64,000 nucleotides of DNA from Octopus bimaculoides (taxonomy: Eukaryota), in the NCBI RefSeq assembly GCF_001194135.2, contig NC_068997.1:35487562-35551561 (forward strand). Direction: 5' to 3'. The position numbers and the translations under genes were made by a program. The notes below the pieces were generated by a model that was not told the DNA's origin, did no database searches, and saw only the letters and a program-made list of their open reading frames with translations. This document shows positions 13,919-27,913 of the stretch, in pieces (within the stretch, counting starts at the first letter, position 1; each line of letters starts with the position of its first letter).

Positions 13919-15129
13919 TGTATATACACACACGCACCCAAACACACGTATATATATGTATATCAATATAAATATATGAAAGTCAATGAAGTTTCGTAAA
14001 AGAAGGTGATCATGTACATACTTTCTTGCTGTTGTGATTATAACACCTCCTTGTAAACTATGTTCCTTGTTTTCCCTTGTGGAGCATANNNNNNNNNNNN
14101 NNNNNNNNNNNNNNNNNNNNNNNNNNNNNNNNNNNNNNNNNNNNNNNNNNNNNNNNNNNNNNNNNNNNNNNNNNNNNNNNNNNNNNNNNNNNNNNNNNNN
14201 NNNNNNNNNNNNNNNNNNNNNNNNNNNNNNNNNNNNNNNNNNNNNNNNNNNNNNNNNNNNNNNNNNNNNNNNNNNNNNNNNNNNNNNNNNNNNNNNNNNN
14301 NNNNNNNNNNNNNNNNNNNNNNNNNNNNNNNNNNNNNNNNNNNNNNNNNNNNNNNNNNNNNNNNNNNNNNNNNNNNNNNNNNNNNNNNNNNNNNNNNNNN
14401 NNNNNNNNNNNNNNNNNNNNNNNNNNNNNNNNNNNNNNNNNNNNNNNNNNNNNNNNNNNNNNNNNNNNNNNNNNNNNNNNNNNNNNNNNNNNNNNNNNNN
14501 NNNNNNNNNNNNNNNNNNNNNNNNNNNNNNNNNNNNNNNNNNNNNNNNNNNNNNNNNNNNNNNNNNNNNNNNNNNNNNNNNNNNNNNNNNNNNNNNNNNN
14601 NNNNNNNNNNNNNNNNNNNNNNNNNNNNNNNNNNNNNNNNNNNNNNNNNNNNNNNNNNNNNNNNNNNNNNNNNNNNNNNNNNNNNNNNNNNNNNNNNNNN
14701 NNNNNNNNNNNNNNNNNNNNNNNNNNNNNNNNNNNNNNNNNNNNNNNNNNNNNNNNNNNNNNNNNNNNNNNNNNNNNNNNNNNNNNNNNNNNNNNNNNNN
14801 NNNNNNNNNNNNNNNNNNNNNNNNNNNNNNNNNNNNNNNNNNNNNNNNNNNNNNNNNNNNNNNNNNNNNNNNNNNNNNNNNNNNNNNNNNNNNNNNNNNN
14901 NNNNNNNNNNNNNNNNNNNNNNNNNNNNNNNNNNNNNNNNNNNNNNNNNNNNNNNNNNNNNNNNNNNNNNNNNNNNNNNNNNNNNNNNNNNNNNNNNNNN
15001 NNNNNNNNNNNNNNNNNNNNNNNNNNNNATACATATACATCTCTCTCTCTCTCTCTTTCTGTCTCTCTCTTTCTCTCTCTGTGAAAGTATCTGTCACTAC
15101 AGTATCGAAATGTGATTGTTTCAGTTAGT

Positions 15130-15383
15130 GGAATAGTTTCATTTTTAAAGTGAAAGTATTTGACATGAGTGTTTTTGTTTCACTTTTGACACGTAATACT
15201 TAAATAGTGGAGGAGATATTATGTTGCCGTGTGCTCGAACTCTGCAAGAAGTTAATAATTTTTTTTTACTAAAACACAACTGGAACCCTAAGTAAGGCAT
15301 GTGTAAAATTTGAATGAAATTGGTTGCGTAGTTCTCGAGTTTTAGGGATTCACACAAACAGACAGACACACATTCTCATTTTA
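15130..15383 (-). mobile_element. Helitron-like 5' region abutting the 5' LTR of gypsy B
   Basis: Minus strand taaaaatgagaatgtgtgtctgtctgtttgtgtgaatccc...accaatttcattcaaattttacac resembles Helitron 5' ends; terminal TC not preserved. Confidence 0.5.
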
Positions 15384-18300
15384 TGCTCTAATTCAGTTCT
15401 GACTAGGTGTTGAACTGAGTTTGGTGACTTTTGCCTTGTTTAGTAAATGTATTTGTATTTTGTTAATTTGTACAAATAATAGTTCTAATTTGCATACTAC
15501 TTTGTTTTGCACGTGGATTTTTGAGTTCCGCTTTAATCAGTGTGTATTTTTGAGTATATATTGCTCACATGTTCACTCTATTATTGCTGGACGAGTTTTC
15601 ACGTGGATAAGTGTATTAACATATAACAGAATTAGTTTGGCGACAAGGATGAGATCTGCTGTTTGATTTAATCAGCATTATGAAATGGAAAAGCTTGTCG
15701 AACTTCTACAACAAATTTCCATTTGAGAGAAACGCTTGGAAGATCAAGAATGCTGTTACAAAGAACAAAGTAAAGAACAACAGCGACATCATGAAGAGCA
15801 AGTGAAAGTTTTACAAGAGATGATTGGAAAACCTTTCACAAGTGTTGGGTTTGAGTCGGTTGTTTGTACTTCTCAAGTTGCCACACCCAGTTTTTCTGCA
15901 TTTGATTATACTATGGAGTTATGGACTGACTACTGGTCAAGGTTTTGTACTTTTATCAAGGTGCATTCAGTTCATGACAGTAAGAAACCTAAAGTTTTTC
16001 TTACCAATCAAACTTCTACCATGTACAAGATGTTATCCAATCTGGCGGCACAAGAAACACCTCCAAGAGACATCAGTGATCTTATGATGGACCAAATCTC
16101 TGACTACATGAAGCGACAATTTGATCCGAAACAATTTGTTGTGCGTGAGAGATTTCGCTTCTGGAGTGACATGAAGTGCAAAGCAGGTGAGTCAATTCAA
16201 GAATTAGCTACTCGTATTCACCAGGCTGCTGCTACCTGTGATTTTACGTCAATCAAGGATCTTCTGGACGAAGCATTGTGAACACATTTCGTTTGCTCAG
16301 TCAACAACAAAGCTGTGCTAAAAGCACTTTTCAAAATCAACACCAATGAACTTACATTCAGTTGAGCCATCAAAGTTGCTATTGAGACAGAGGATGTGGC
16401 TAAAGTTGCTAAAGAAACTGTCTACGGTGCTATTCCTATGCAGGTACAAAAGGTTAAATGTTTTAAATCTACAGGTAAAAAGACTGCAAGTTCTAAACCA
16501 GCTGAAGACAAGTCAAAACGGAAGTGTTACCGCTGCGGGAAAACTTCTCATCTTGCTCCCGATTGCCGTTTCAAACATGCTACTTGTAATTATTGCAAGA
16601 TTCAAGGGCACTTAGAGTTAATATGCCGGAAGAAAGCACGATTGCAAAATCCTAGTAATACGGTAAGAAGTCTAGAAATTTGTAGCCTTTCTACTGTTTC
16701 TGATAATTCTTGCAGGGTTCCCCAATTACTTGTTCCAGTCCATATCCGTTCCAAGCTGGTGCACATGGAGCTGGACACTGCGACAGGAGGAAACTTCATT
16801 TCAGAAGAATTATGGTCAGAATTGGGAAAACCCGGAACTTCACCCAGCAACCTTGCAGTATCAATTGGCTAGCAAACACACTCTTCCGATCGTAGGTACT
16901 TTCGTGGGTCAAACCAGTGTTGAACCCTGTGCTAATAAAACTTGTGCCATGATGTACCATGTCTCCAAAGTTCATAATTTGAACTTATTAGAATGAAATG
17001 CTATTATGAAGCTAAAAATTTCAATTGACGATCTGTTTTCCAGGGAATGTAACATGGAAGTAAAGATGCTATCTTCTTGTCTCCGCAAAGTAGATGCACA
17101 TTTGCAAGAGGCATGTTCGAAACTTTGCGATGAATATGCGGAGTTGTTCAAGCCATAGTTGGGCTGCCTTCAAGGTTTTGAGCTGGATGTGCAATTCAAA
17201 TCCGATGCTAAGCCTGTTTTCTGCAAACCAAGGTCTGTTCCTTTCGCTCTCCAAGCTGATTTAACTCAAGCTATTAATGCTGGCATAAAGAAAGGAATTT
17301 GGACTCGGGTTCAATTCAATGAATGGGGTACTCTGGTTGTTCCACTCCAAAAGAAACAAATGTCACCAACTGCAGGTATGCCCTTACGAATTTGTGGTGA
17401 TTATTCTGTGACAGTAAATCCTCAGCTGGAAACTCATCGACATCCACTTCTATCACCAGAATATCTGATGCAAAAATTAGGAGGAGGTCATGGATTCACA
17501 AAAATTGATCTCGCAGATGCTTAAAACCAAATCAAGCTTGCTCCAGAGAGTCAAAGACGTCTGGCTTTAAGCACTCACTGAGGAGTTTTACTTCAAAATG
17601 TGTTGCCATTCGGAATTTCATCAGCCCCCAGGTATTTTCAAAAGATAATGGATGACATCACGAATGATCTACCAGGTGTTGGTGTCTACTTAGATGACAT
17701 ATTGGTCAGAACCTGAAATGTTTACTTTGGTGTCTACAGGAAAATGGTCTTCAATGTCACAGAGAGAAGTGTCAATTCCCCCAACCCAAAGTGGAATATT
17801 TGGGACACATACTTTCCAAACAAGGTATTTCGAAAGGTCCCAAAGTAGATGCTGTCATCAACATGCTGGCACCCAAGGAGATATCTGCATTGCGGTCAAT
17901 TTTGGGATCAGTGCAATTCTATTCAAAGTTTTTGCCTTCTAGTTTTTCTACAGTTGCTTCACCTCTCTACAGGCTCTGCGTGATGAAGTTGAGTGGAATT
18001 GGGGTGAACCGGAACAAGCCGCTTTCCTGAAGTTGAAGGACTTCCTTACATTTGATTCAGGTCTGGCTCATTTCAATCCTGCTGTGCCATTGGGAATAGC
18101 ATGTGATGTGTCCAGTATTGGTATTGGAACAACCTTGTTCCATCGTTATTCAAATGGAGATGAAAAACCAATTGCTAATGTTTCCAAGCTCCTTTCTGCA
18201 TCTCAACGCAATTACAGCCAGCTACAAAAGGAGGCCCTGGCAATAGATTTTGCTTGAAAGAAGTTTTATCAGTTCATTTTTGGCAGATCATTCATTCTGG

Positions 18301-19970
18301 TAACAGATCATAAACCACTCCTGTCAATTTTTGGTCCTAACAAGCCGGTGCCAATCGTTTGGCTTGCTGGGCACTCTTTCTCAACCAATTTTCCTATGTC
18401 ATAGAGTATCGAAAAAGCAACCTTCATCAGAATGCAGATGCTCTTAGCCGCCTTCCTGTTGGAGAGGACTCCATTTTTAATGGGGAGGAAGACCTGGATG
18501 ATACCAACGTTGTGTGTGCAATCGAAGCGATTAGCTTACAAGTCCAGCCTACAGATTCGACTTTAGTCAGAAAGGAGTCCTCTAAAGATCCAGTTTTGGC
18601 ACAAGTGATATGTTTTACATGAGAAGGTTGGCCTTCGCATTTTGACTGATGATCCAGTAGAGCAATTCCGAAAGCTTTCCCAATCTTTGAGCACGTGTCA
18701 TAGATGTTTACTGCACGGTACGAGACTAGTTATTCCTACCAGTCTATGAGAACGAATCTTACATCTGCTACACACAAGTCATCTTGGTATGCAACAGATG
18801 AAGTAATTAGTGCGGACGGCAGTATACTGACCAAACATTGATGTGGAAATCATGGATCTCTGCTGCCGCTGTACTTCTTGCTGTGAACACACAAAGGCTC
18901 CACCTAAACCAGCAATTCTTCCATAGATAATGCCCAAGAAACCTTGATCTCATCTGCATGTAGATCATGCCATCAACTTTATGGGGTATAATTGGTTAGT
19001 AGTCACTGATGCATACACTAAATACCTTTGTATCCATGCCACTACTTCAGTTTCCAGTAAGACTACAATAGATTTGTTAGAGGAAGATTTTGCACACTTT
19101 GGATATCCACATACCATCGTATCTGACAATGCCACCTGCTTTACTTCTGAAGAATTTCAAAACTACTGTAAGGAGAGAAGGATTGTTCATCTAACGGGAG
19201 CTCCCTATCACTCTTCAATAAACGGAGCTGCTGAGCACTTGATTCAAACTTTCAAGCAAGCGTTGCAAAAGTCTCCCAAAACACCTAAAGAAGCTTTGCT
19301 GGAATTCTTGATACAATTCAGGAGAACACCTACCACTAGTAGCCTCTCAGCAAGTGAATTACTCAACAGTCGTCAATTATGCACCAAGATTGACATCTTG
19401 TTTCCATTTCGAGTTCATTTGACCCAATCCAAATTGAAAACGACTACTGGGAGAGATGTACTTAAAATTCCAATCAATTTCAAGTCGGTTATCCATGCTA
19501 TGCTCTGTATTTTGGACTAAAGAGGGAGACGTCATCTAGAACAATTGCAACCTCGATATTCTTCAGAAGACGACCGAGAGCTGGGAGATACACCTTCTTT
19601 CCGTGATTCAGAACCTCAAGTTATAGAGTCTGCTCCTGAAGAACCTGTTAGCTCATCGTTACCACCTAGCAACAATAACTCAACTCCAGAATACAGTCGT
19701 CAGCATCCAAGAAGATCAACGAGATGAAGAAAACCTCTTATTATGTGTCACAATACTGATTTATTTGCACTCAATTTTGTTGTGATACTGTGTAATTTAC
19801 GTTTTATATTCCATATTTGTTGGGGAGGTGTTATATTGCTCTAATTCAGTTCTGACTAGGTGTCGAACTGAGTTTGGTGACTTTTGCCTTGTTTAGTAAA
19901 TGTATTTGTATTTTGTTAATTTGTATAAATAATAGTTTTAATTTGCATACTGCTTTGTTTCAACATAATA
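15384..19970 (+). mobile_element. Ty3/gypsy (Mag-type) element B with both LTRs, decayed
   Basis: 5' LTR ends ATATAACA at 15628; PBS TGGCGACAAGG at 15638; PPT GGGGAGG at 19822; 3' LTR starts TGTTATAT at 19829; 120/124 identity over the shared LTR part. Two CCHC knuckles, LDTA protease, YLDD RT, RNase H, integrase (IVSDNAT, NGAAE). Confidence 0.95.
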
Positions 19971-20864
19971 TTAGAACTTCGATTTGAATAGTGTTGATAT
20001 ATTTTCGATTATTTTTGATTAATAATATTTGATTAATTATTAATCTTTATAGTTTATAATATCGTTAAAGTTTTTTTAAATCAAAACTTTGTATATATAT
20101 ATAAAGTTTAATCTTTTATTCTTAATAATTTTTTCTTTCCTAATTTTTTCATTCATAATTTTTCCATTCATAATTTTTTCATTCATATTTTTTATTATTA
20201 CGTTTGTAGAAATAAATAATCTTGTATTTTTCTATTATTCAATTGATCTTTAATTATAATCAAATAAACGTCTTTAGCTTTAAATAGTATAGCTTTNNNN
20301 NNNNNNNNNNNNNNNNNNNNNNNNNNNNNNNNNNNNNNNNNNNNNNNNNNNNNNNNNNNNNNNNNNNNNNNNNNNNNNNNNNNNNNNNNNNNNNNNNNNN
20401 NNNNNNNNNNNNNNNNNNNNNNNNNNNNNNNNNNNNNNNNNNNNNNNNNNNNNNNNNNNNNNNNNNNNNNNNNNNNNNNNNNNNNNNNNNNNNNNNNNNN
20501 NNNNNNNNNNNNNNNNNNNNNNNNNNNNNNNNNNNNNNNNNNNNNNNNNNNNNNNNNNNNNNNNNNNNNNNNNNNNNNNNNNNNNNNNNNNNNNNNNNNN
20601 NNNNNNNNNNNNNNNNNNNNNNNNNNNNNNNNNNNNNNNNNNNNNNNNNNNNNNNNNNNNNNNNNNNNNNNNNNNNNNNNNNNNNNNNNNNNNNNNNNNN
20701 NNNNNNNNNNNNNNNNNNNNNNNNNNNNNNNNNNNNNNNNNNNNNNNNNNNNNNNNNNNNNNNNNNNNNNNNNNNNNNNNNNNNNNNNNNNNNNNNNNNN
20801 NNNNNNNNNNNNNNNNNNNNNNNNNNGTGAATAAACATCTTTAAAATTGCATTTTCAAACCTTC

Positions 20865-20914
<50 letters not shown>

Positions 20915-21185
20915 GTATGTATATATTTGTGTGTGTTTGTCCCCCCACCATTGCTTAACAACCAATGTTGGTGTTTACTTCCCCGTAACTTAGTGGTTCA
21001 GCAAAAGAGACAAATAGAATAAGTACTAGGCTTACAAAGAATAAGTCCTGGGGTTGATTTGTTTGACTAAAGGTGATGCTCTAGTATGGCTGCAGTCAAA
21101 TGACTGAAGCAAGTAAAAGAATATATATATAAAAAAACAGAGAAGATGGGTGAATAAAAAAAATTTATTGTTAAATAAAGTAGTT

Positions 21186-21293
21186 AAAAGGGGAGGTGTT
21201 GTATAATGAAACTGTATACTCCTCCTGGTAAGAAGTGGTAGGATTCAGCCATTATAAATAGAGTTGAGAGTGGACAGTTCTAGTTGGTATCTT
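21186..21293 (+). mobile_element. PPT and truncated 3' LTR of the gypsy A family
   Basis: AAAAGGGGAGG followed by TGTTGTAT... matching the 7554 LTR (about 6 mismatches in the first 65 nt, then a 30-nt deletion); cut by an RTE insertion. Confidence 0.85.
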
Positions 21294-22360
21294 CATCATC
21301 ATCATCATTGTTTAACATCCGCTTTCCATGCTAGCATGGGTTGGACGATTTGACTGAGGACTGGTGAACCAGTTTCTACTGCTGGATGCCCTTCCTAACG
21401 CCAACCACTCTGAGCGTGTAGTGGGTGCTTTTACATGCCATGCTCAAATGATGTTTTTTACATGCCACCTGCACAGGAGCCAGTCCAGCGGCACTGGCAA
21501 TGACCTCGCTTGAATGTTTTTTCATGTGCCACCGGCACAGATGCCAGTAAGGTAACGATCACGCTCAAATGGTTCTATTTACATGCTACCGGCACAGAAT
21601 CCAGATAGTTGCTCTGGCAATGATCACGTTTGGACAGTGCTGTTAGCGCTCCACTGGCACGGGTGCCAGTCATCGAATTTGGTTCAATTACAATTTCGAT
21701 TTCACTTGCCCCAACAGGTCTTTGCAAGCAGAGTTTAGTGTCCAATGAAGTAAATATACAAATAAGTGGGCAGGCTACACCCCTGGTAGAGGCCACGGAT
21801 TATGGTCTCACTTGTCTTGCCAGGTCTTCTCATGCACAGCATATTTCCAAAGGTCCCAGTCACTAGTCATTGCCTTGGTGAGGCCTAAAGTTCGAAGGTC
21901 GTGCTTCACCACCTCATCCCAGGTCTTCTTGGGTCTACCTCTTCCACAGGTTCCCTCAACCACTAGGGTGTGGCACTTTTTCACACAGCTATCCTCATCC
22001 ATTCTTGCCACATGACCACACCAGCACAATCATCTCTCTTGCACACCACAACTGCTGCTTCTTAGGTTCAACTTTTCTCTCAAGGTACTTACACTCTGTC
22101 GAGTATGTACACTGACATTACACATCCATCGGAGCATACTGGCTTCATTTCTTGCGAGCTTATGCATATCCTCAGCAGTCACGGCCCATGTTTCACTGCC
22201 ATGTAGCATGGTTGTTTGTACACATGCGTCATGCAGTCTGCCTTTCACTCTGAGCAAGAAGCACTTTGACACCAGCAGAGGTAAGAACTCTCTGAACTTT
22301 TCCCAGGTTATTCTTATTCTAGCAGCTACACTTTCAGCGCACCCTGAATGAGGTATCAAA
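21294..22360 (-). mobile_element. RTE LINE 3' fragment
   Basis: RLHDACVQTTMLHGSETW, WCGHVARMDED, GRGRPKKTW, (CAT)n tail. Confidence 0.9.
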
Positions 22361-22889
22361 ATGTTTCTTTGTGGATAATCCTCTTCAAGGAAAAGTACAG
22401 TAGAAATTACATTTAAATATTTTCAAAAATTCATAGTGATACCGAATAAATGGCAGAGTTTTGGATCAGGACGCCCATGTAAGTTACATTTTCTCCATTT
22501 TAACAGGAATTTTTTTTATTTTTGCTTCATGGCTTTAGAAATAATGAGGATAAGCTTTTCATGAAGAAAAAAAATCCCTCCAGACAGATTTTGGCCTTTT
22601 TTTTTTTTTTTTGCACAATGCACTTAAAAACAATGGGAGAAGCCTTTTTAGTAAAAAACAAAAAGAATTTTGTGTTGTTTCTAGCACATCCCACCTCATA
22701 CATTTCTCAGAATTTCATGTAGAACTAGATTAAAAAACAAACAAAATATGGAAACTAATTCCTTGCATTAAAAACAAATTAAAGACATTAGACACATCTA
22801 TACATTAAATTAATCTTGTTAGTAGGAAAGAGAGAGAGAGAGAGAAATATCCCCATAATGAATATGTAAACACTATCACAAATTATCTT

Positions 22890-25340
22890 GCCTATATTCA
22901 AAATTGGTAAAAAAGTTTCACAGGCAGTTCATGTATAATGTTACAGAAAGCACTTTTAATTTCATTTTCTACTTGAAATGCAGCAGTCTTGGTATCTTCA
23001 AATGGTTCAGCATTTTTTGAAATCAATCTTGTTAAACAGTCAGCATGTCTTAATTTCTTAGATGGTATATACCCCATATTAAAATCATAGTTTAATAACA
23101 TAGTACCCCTGCATTGCAACCTATTAGCAGTATGGGTAGGGATTCTTTTCTCAAACCCATATATAGATAATAACCTTTACTGTGTAAAATCTATGAAATG
23201 TTTTTATGACAGAAATAATCACGAGAGCATCTTTTTTGATTTGGCTGTAACTTTTTTCTGCTGAAATCCGAGAACGTGAGGCATGAACCACCACCTTCAT
23301 GTTACCATCTTTATATTTATATAGCATTACTGCTCCCTATACTGTACTCAGAGGCATCTGAAGCTACAACAATTTCCACTACAGGATCAAAGTGTGCTAA
23401 GGCCAAATCTGATGTTGATATTTTTTAATTCCATCAAATGCCTCCTGACAATTTTCAGACTAGTTCTTCCACTTTACATCTTTTTTAATAGATTATTTTG
23501 TGGAACCCTTACCTTATGCATATTTGGAATATAATTTTGGTAATAGTTTGCCAGTCCCAAAAAAGCTTGTACAGTCGCTATATTTGTTGGAGGAAGCGTA
23601 TTTTTAATTGCACCTGTCTTCAGTGGACCTAATCAACATCCATTTTTGTCAGTGATTTGCCCTAAATATTTTATTTTAGGTAAGAAGAATTCACACTTCT
23701 CCTCACTCAAAGTGAAGCCATAATCCCTTATTTTTTTCAAATACATATTTTACGTGCTCGACATGTTGGTCCCTGAATTCACTTTAAAAGAATATGTCAT
23801 CCAGATATGGAATTGAAAATTCACAGTCCACTAACATTGCATCCCATAATCTGTTGAAAAATTGCCAGTATGACTTTTAAGACAAATGGTAACCTGTTGT
23901 ATTTATACACTTTTATGTGTGTTAATTGTTAGGTATTTAGAGCATTCATTGTCTATTTTAATTTGTAGGTATGCATCAGAGAGATCCAATTTGGAAAATA
24001 TCTTGCCACTGTTTAATTTCACAAATATGTCCTCCAGAGTAGGTAGTGGTTAGTGGAATGTTTTAAGACATTTGTTTAAACCAGTGGAAAAAACATGCAC
24101 TCTGATTTTATTCTTTTTTTTTTTTAACATACACAGTTGGTGATGCCCATTGACTATATTCTACTTTTTGGATAACTCTAATTTTTTTCTAGTCTCTCTG
24201 AATTTATCTGGTCTAATGCTACAAAAGGTACAGTTCGTTTTTGCTTAAATACCAGTATAGCATTTTCTTTTACCTTGACTTTGTTTTGGTGCACAGACCT
24301 AATTCATCAGACAGAACTTCAGGAAAAGTCTTTTTTAATTTTTTTTTTTTTAATTCATCTGATGACTTATTTGTACTGGTAGGAAAACCATTCACATTTT
24401 TACAAAAAAGATTTATGGAGAAGTCCCATAAGTTAAATAATTTCATCCAGTCTGTTCCAAATAAATTTGTATTATTCAACCTAAAAACTCTAACTTTTAA
24501 GGTTTTTTTGCCCTTAAAATGAAATTTTTTTCCTGAAACACCACATGCAATTTTTGAAGTTTCTTTTAATCTTGGTCTCCCAATTCTCTTTCGATGTATC
24601 TATGTTAATTATTGAGATATCACTACCTATATCCAATTGTAACTTTACGTTTGTGTCATTAATTTTTACATACACAAAAATCTTTTGAGGCTCATTCATA
24701 TTTCTCATCACCTGTTTATGTGATTTTTTTTCCTGTTGAACCATTTTTTAGGTTTTGTTTTACAGTGTGATTTTTTATGACCTCTCTTACCACACTTGAA
24801 GCATTGTATTTTTTTAAATGGACAGGTACTTTTAAAAATGTAGACCACCTATAACACCGATTCAGCCTTGACTTTTTTTTCTGTTATTCATTACCAGTTG
24901 ACATGCCTGAATATGAGGGCAATCTTTCTCCTCAATTTTATCTGCTTCATGCCTTAGATTTATAATCCTCTGGCATTCTTCTGCTACTGCCTGTAGAGTT
25001 AAATTTTGGTCCTGTTCCAATTTTGTTAATATCCAGGAATGTATATCTGCGTCTTTGCTTGCAGTAAGCCCTTGAACAAAAACTAAACGTTTAATTCATT
25101 TAATTAAAATTTTTCACACTCTCTGTTAACAGAGAGTGTGAAAAATTTCAGCAATTGTTGATTTTGTTGTTGTTGCTGCTGTTGTTGCAACTGCACCACG
25201 GAGGCCAATAAGTCTTCCATGTTGAACGATTTTTTGGTTTTATACCAAAAAAATCTTTGTTTCATGAACTGACAGTGAACTGCTTACATTGAACTGCTGA
25301 CAGTTCTTTATTTTATAACAATGTATCAGTCCACATTTAG
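22890..25340 (-). mobile_element. Ty3/gypsy element C, same family as A, internally deleted
   Basis: gag start MEDLLASVVQLQQQ at 25220 (A has MEDLLTGVVELQKQ), CCHC pair, QLDIGSD protease, PYLDDIF at about 23800, HADCLTRL. Confidence 0.88.
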
Positions 25341-25369
25341 TTACTTGGGGGTGGTCTGAATCCTTCTAC

Positions 25370-25781
25370 AACAGATATAAAAATCTTGAAGAAAATATGT
25401 TCTTTTCTGAGTGAAAATTAATGATAAATTTTCATTTTTATATTTCCTACAATTATCTGACCTACCCTATCGATTTTTATATCAAATGAAAGCAAAAACT
25501 GTCCTCTTCATAGCTGTATGATTTTCAACACAACTCAAGTTATAGCATTCTTGTACATAGCAGTATTAAAAATTTTTTTTAAAAACTTTGTAAATGTGTG
25601 GAAATACCAGGATAATTGAGCAACCCTGATATGATATATAACTGTTGGATTTTAGTTTTATCTATATGAGAAGAAAGTTCACATCCAGAACTTTCAAAAT
25701 TATGTATAATTTTCCATGGAAAAAGTTTATTTTGACATGAAAATGACAAAGCAAAATGTGTGTTTTTGTGCATTCAAACTG
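25370..25781 (-). mobile_element. Second copy of the left end of the long-TIR element at 5993
   Basis: Reverse complement of about 5993-6370; terminus CAGTTTGAATGCACAAAA flanked by TA. Confidence 0.75.
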
Positions 25782-26299
25782 TATGGCATTTTATAGTGAT
25801 ACCTACTAATATAGCTGATATTAGTTCAGTTGATGCTATTGTTATCATAAAATAGTTTGATGCCATGTATGAATAATTGGCTGAGATGTTTATGATTGGA
25901 ATCTCTTGTTTCAACTCCTAGAAGAGTGTACTGTTTTTATTGTTGCATTATTATGCATTAGAATGTTGTTTGTTTTTTTTTCTTTTTTTTTCTTTTCTCT
26001 TTATCAGAACAATGGTCCATCATTAATGCATATCATGAAACTGATAAATTTGCTCATTAAGCTCTTCTAGAAATATGTGAAATTTTGTGGAAAAAGTTGC
26101 ATAGTTTTGTGAAAGAATACATACTTTTGCAACCCGTCTTATCTGTTACTAGCCTTCTTGTCTTGTTTTCTGTTACATCAGTAATAATGACAAGAACTTG
26201 GAGATTAGAGTATGTGACTGTGTTGGTCAAATACTTAATTTTTTTCTTGTAATGTTTTTTATTATTATGTATTTTATCCTTAAATATGTATTTCTTTAG

Positions 26300-26430
26300 T
26301 AACTGACATATGGGAAGGTGATGACAAAATTATTTCTGAGCAGAAAAATCAGAAAGAGAGAAAAGAAGAAATAATAGAAACCTTCCTTGGTCAAGAAGAA
26401 TTACCAATTTTAGAAAATATTAATATTTCA
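26300..26430 (+). CDS. CENPN: CENP-N-like penultimate coding exon (TDIWEGDDKIISEQKNQKERKEEIIETFLGQEELPILENINIS)
   Basis: Acceptor tttctttag, donor A|gtaagt, 131 nt stop-free, phase 1 to 0. Resembles recalled human CENP-N DSRIIHENIVEKERVQRITQETFGDYPQPQLEFAQY. Confidence 0.8.
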
Positions 26431-27913
26431 GTAAGTATTAAAATGCAATTTTTGTGTTTCATGATGTCAAGTTTATGACTTTTTAAAATTTTATTTCATT
26501 GTATCTCATATACTTCTCTCTGTTTAAGAATATTTCTATGAGGGATACATGCTCACATACATACACACAATGTTTTATCTACAAAACTTCCTGAATTTTC
26601 TCAAAGGAAAGTGAAATGACTATGTCAACAACTAACAGACTATTGATTCCACAGTTACTGGTAACTTAGTAGAAAGCTAAACCAAAAACTGAACAAATAT
26701 GAGAATAGAAAAGATTTTTATTTTAGTACAAGGAAAATTGTAAATATGAATCTTTGGAAATGAATACTTGAATCTGTGATTTGACAGTGCTTTGAATGTA
26801 GGTAAAATAATTATAGTTGATTACACACTGCTTTGGATACAGATCAAATCAGGTGTGGAGTCTTGTGCTGTTGCAGCATGTTGCTACATTCACCATTTGT
26901 TGGTATATTCCTGGGTTCTCCTGGGAAACTTGTTAAGCAGAGTCCCCATCTCCATCTCCACAATATACATCCTCATCTTCCATGACCATGTGGCATGTGG
27001 TTGACCAATATGAGCTATCAACCCAGCCAGATCTTCAGTGAAGAGAACATGGTCAGCAGGGTCTAACTTGGAAAATCAAGCAACATAACCAAACAGTCTG
27101 TGCTGGTACTCTTGAATCATACATGTAACAGGATGCATCTCATTTTCTGAGTAGAGTCATTGGTTGGTACCAAGACGTTTTGCAAGATTGTGGTTATTTG
27201 AGTACATTTCATACATATATGTATATTTTGCATTTGTGTGTGTGTGTATCATCATTATTTAACATATTCTCCATATTGGCATGGGCTGGATGGATGTTAG
27301 ATGATGATGATGATACACACACACCTAGTGAATAAGTGTGTAGATAAAATAATTGTCATTATATTTCGGGATAGTCATTTTCTTTTTCTTGCCAAATAAA
27401 CATACGCACTATATATTCGCTCTTCACTCGTTTATTATTGTTCGTATTTTATCTTATGTCCATTGTCTAAAAGTCTTTTGTCACACATCTGTGACCTCTT
27501 CAGTTACTCTTCTATCCCATGTGTTTCCTCCTGTTCTATTTAGTCACAGATTTCCAGACAATGGAAATAAGAACAATAATAAACAAGAGAAGAATGAATA
27601 TATAGTGCATGTGTTTATTTGGCAAGAAAAAGAAAATGACTATCCCAAAATATAACAGTATCTGTTTCAACAAATGATTTCATATCTATGCTCTGATCAT
27701 TGTTACTTATGATTATACCCTGGCACTATACCATCTCTCTCGTGCTCTCTCTGATACTTTTGCTAGTTCTTACTCTCTCTCTACCCTCTGGCTGGGTAGC
27801 TACATATCTCCTCTATAGTAGCACATCTATTTCTGCCCTCATTCTTTGCTGTTTTCCCTCTCTTTCTCTCTCAGTGGATAACTATGTACCTCCTCTATAG
27901 CAAGACACCTATT

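Noticed and set aside
26182-26209. 28-nt micro-exon candidate with gtatgt donor
   Set aside because: The only frame compatible with the next exon contains TAA stops.
26400-26430. PILENINIS as an ABC-transporter NBD lead-in
   Set aside because: The next in-phase exon has no Walker A motif and matches the CENP-N C-terminus instead.
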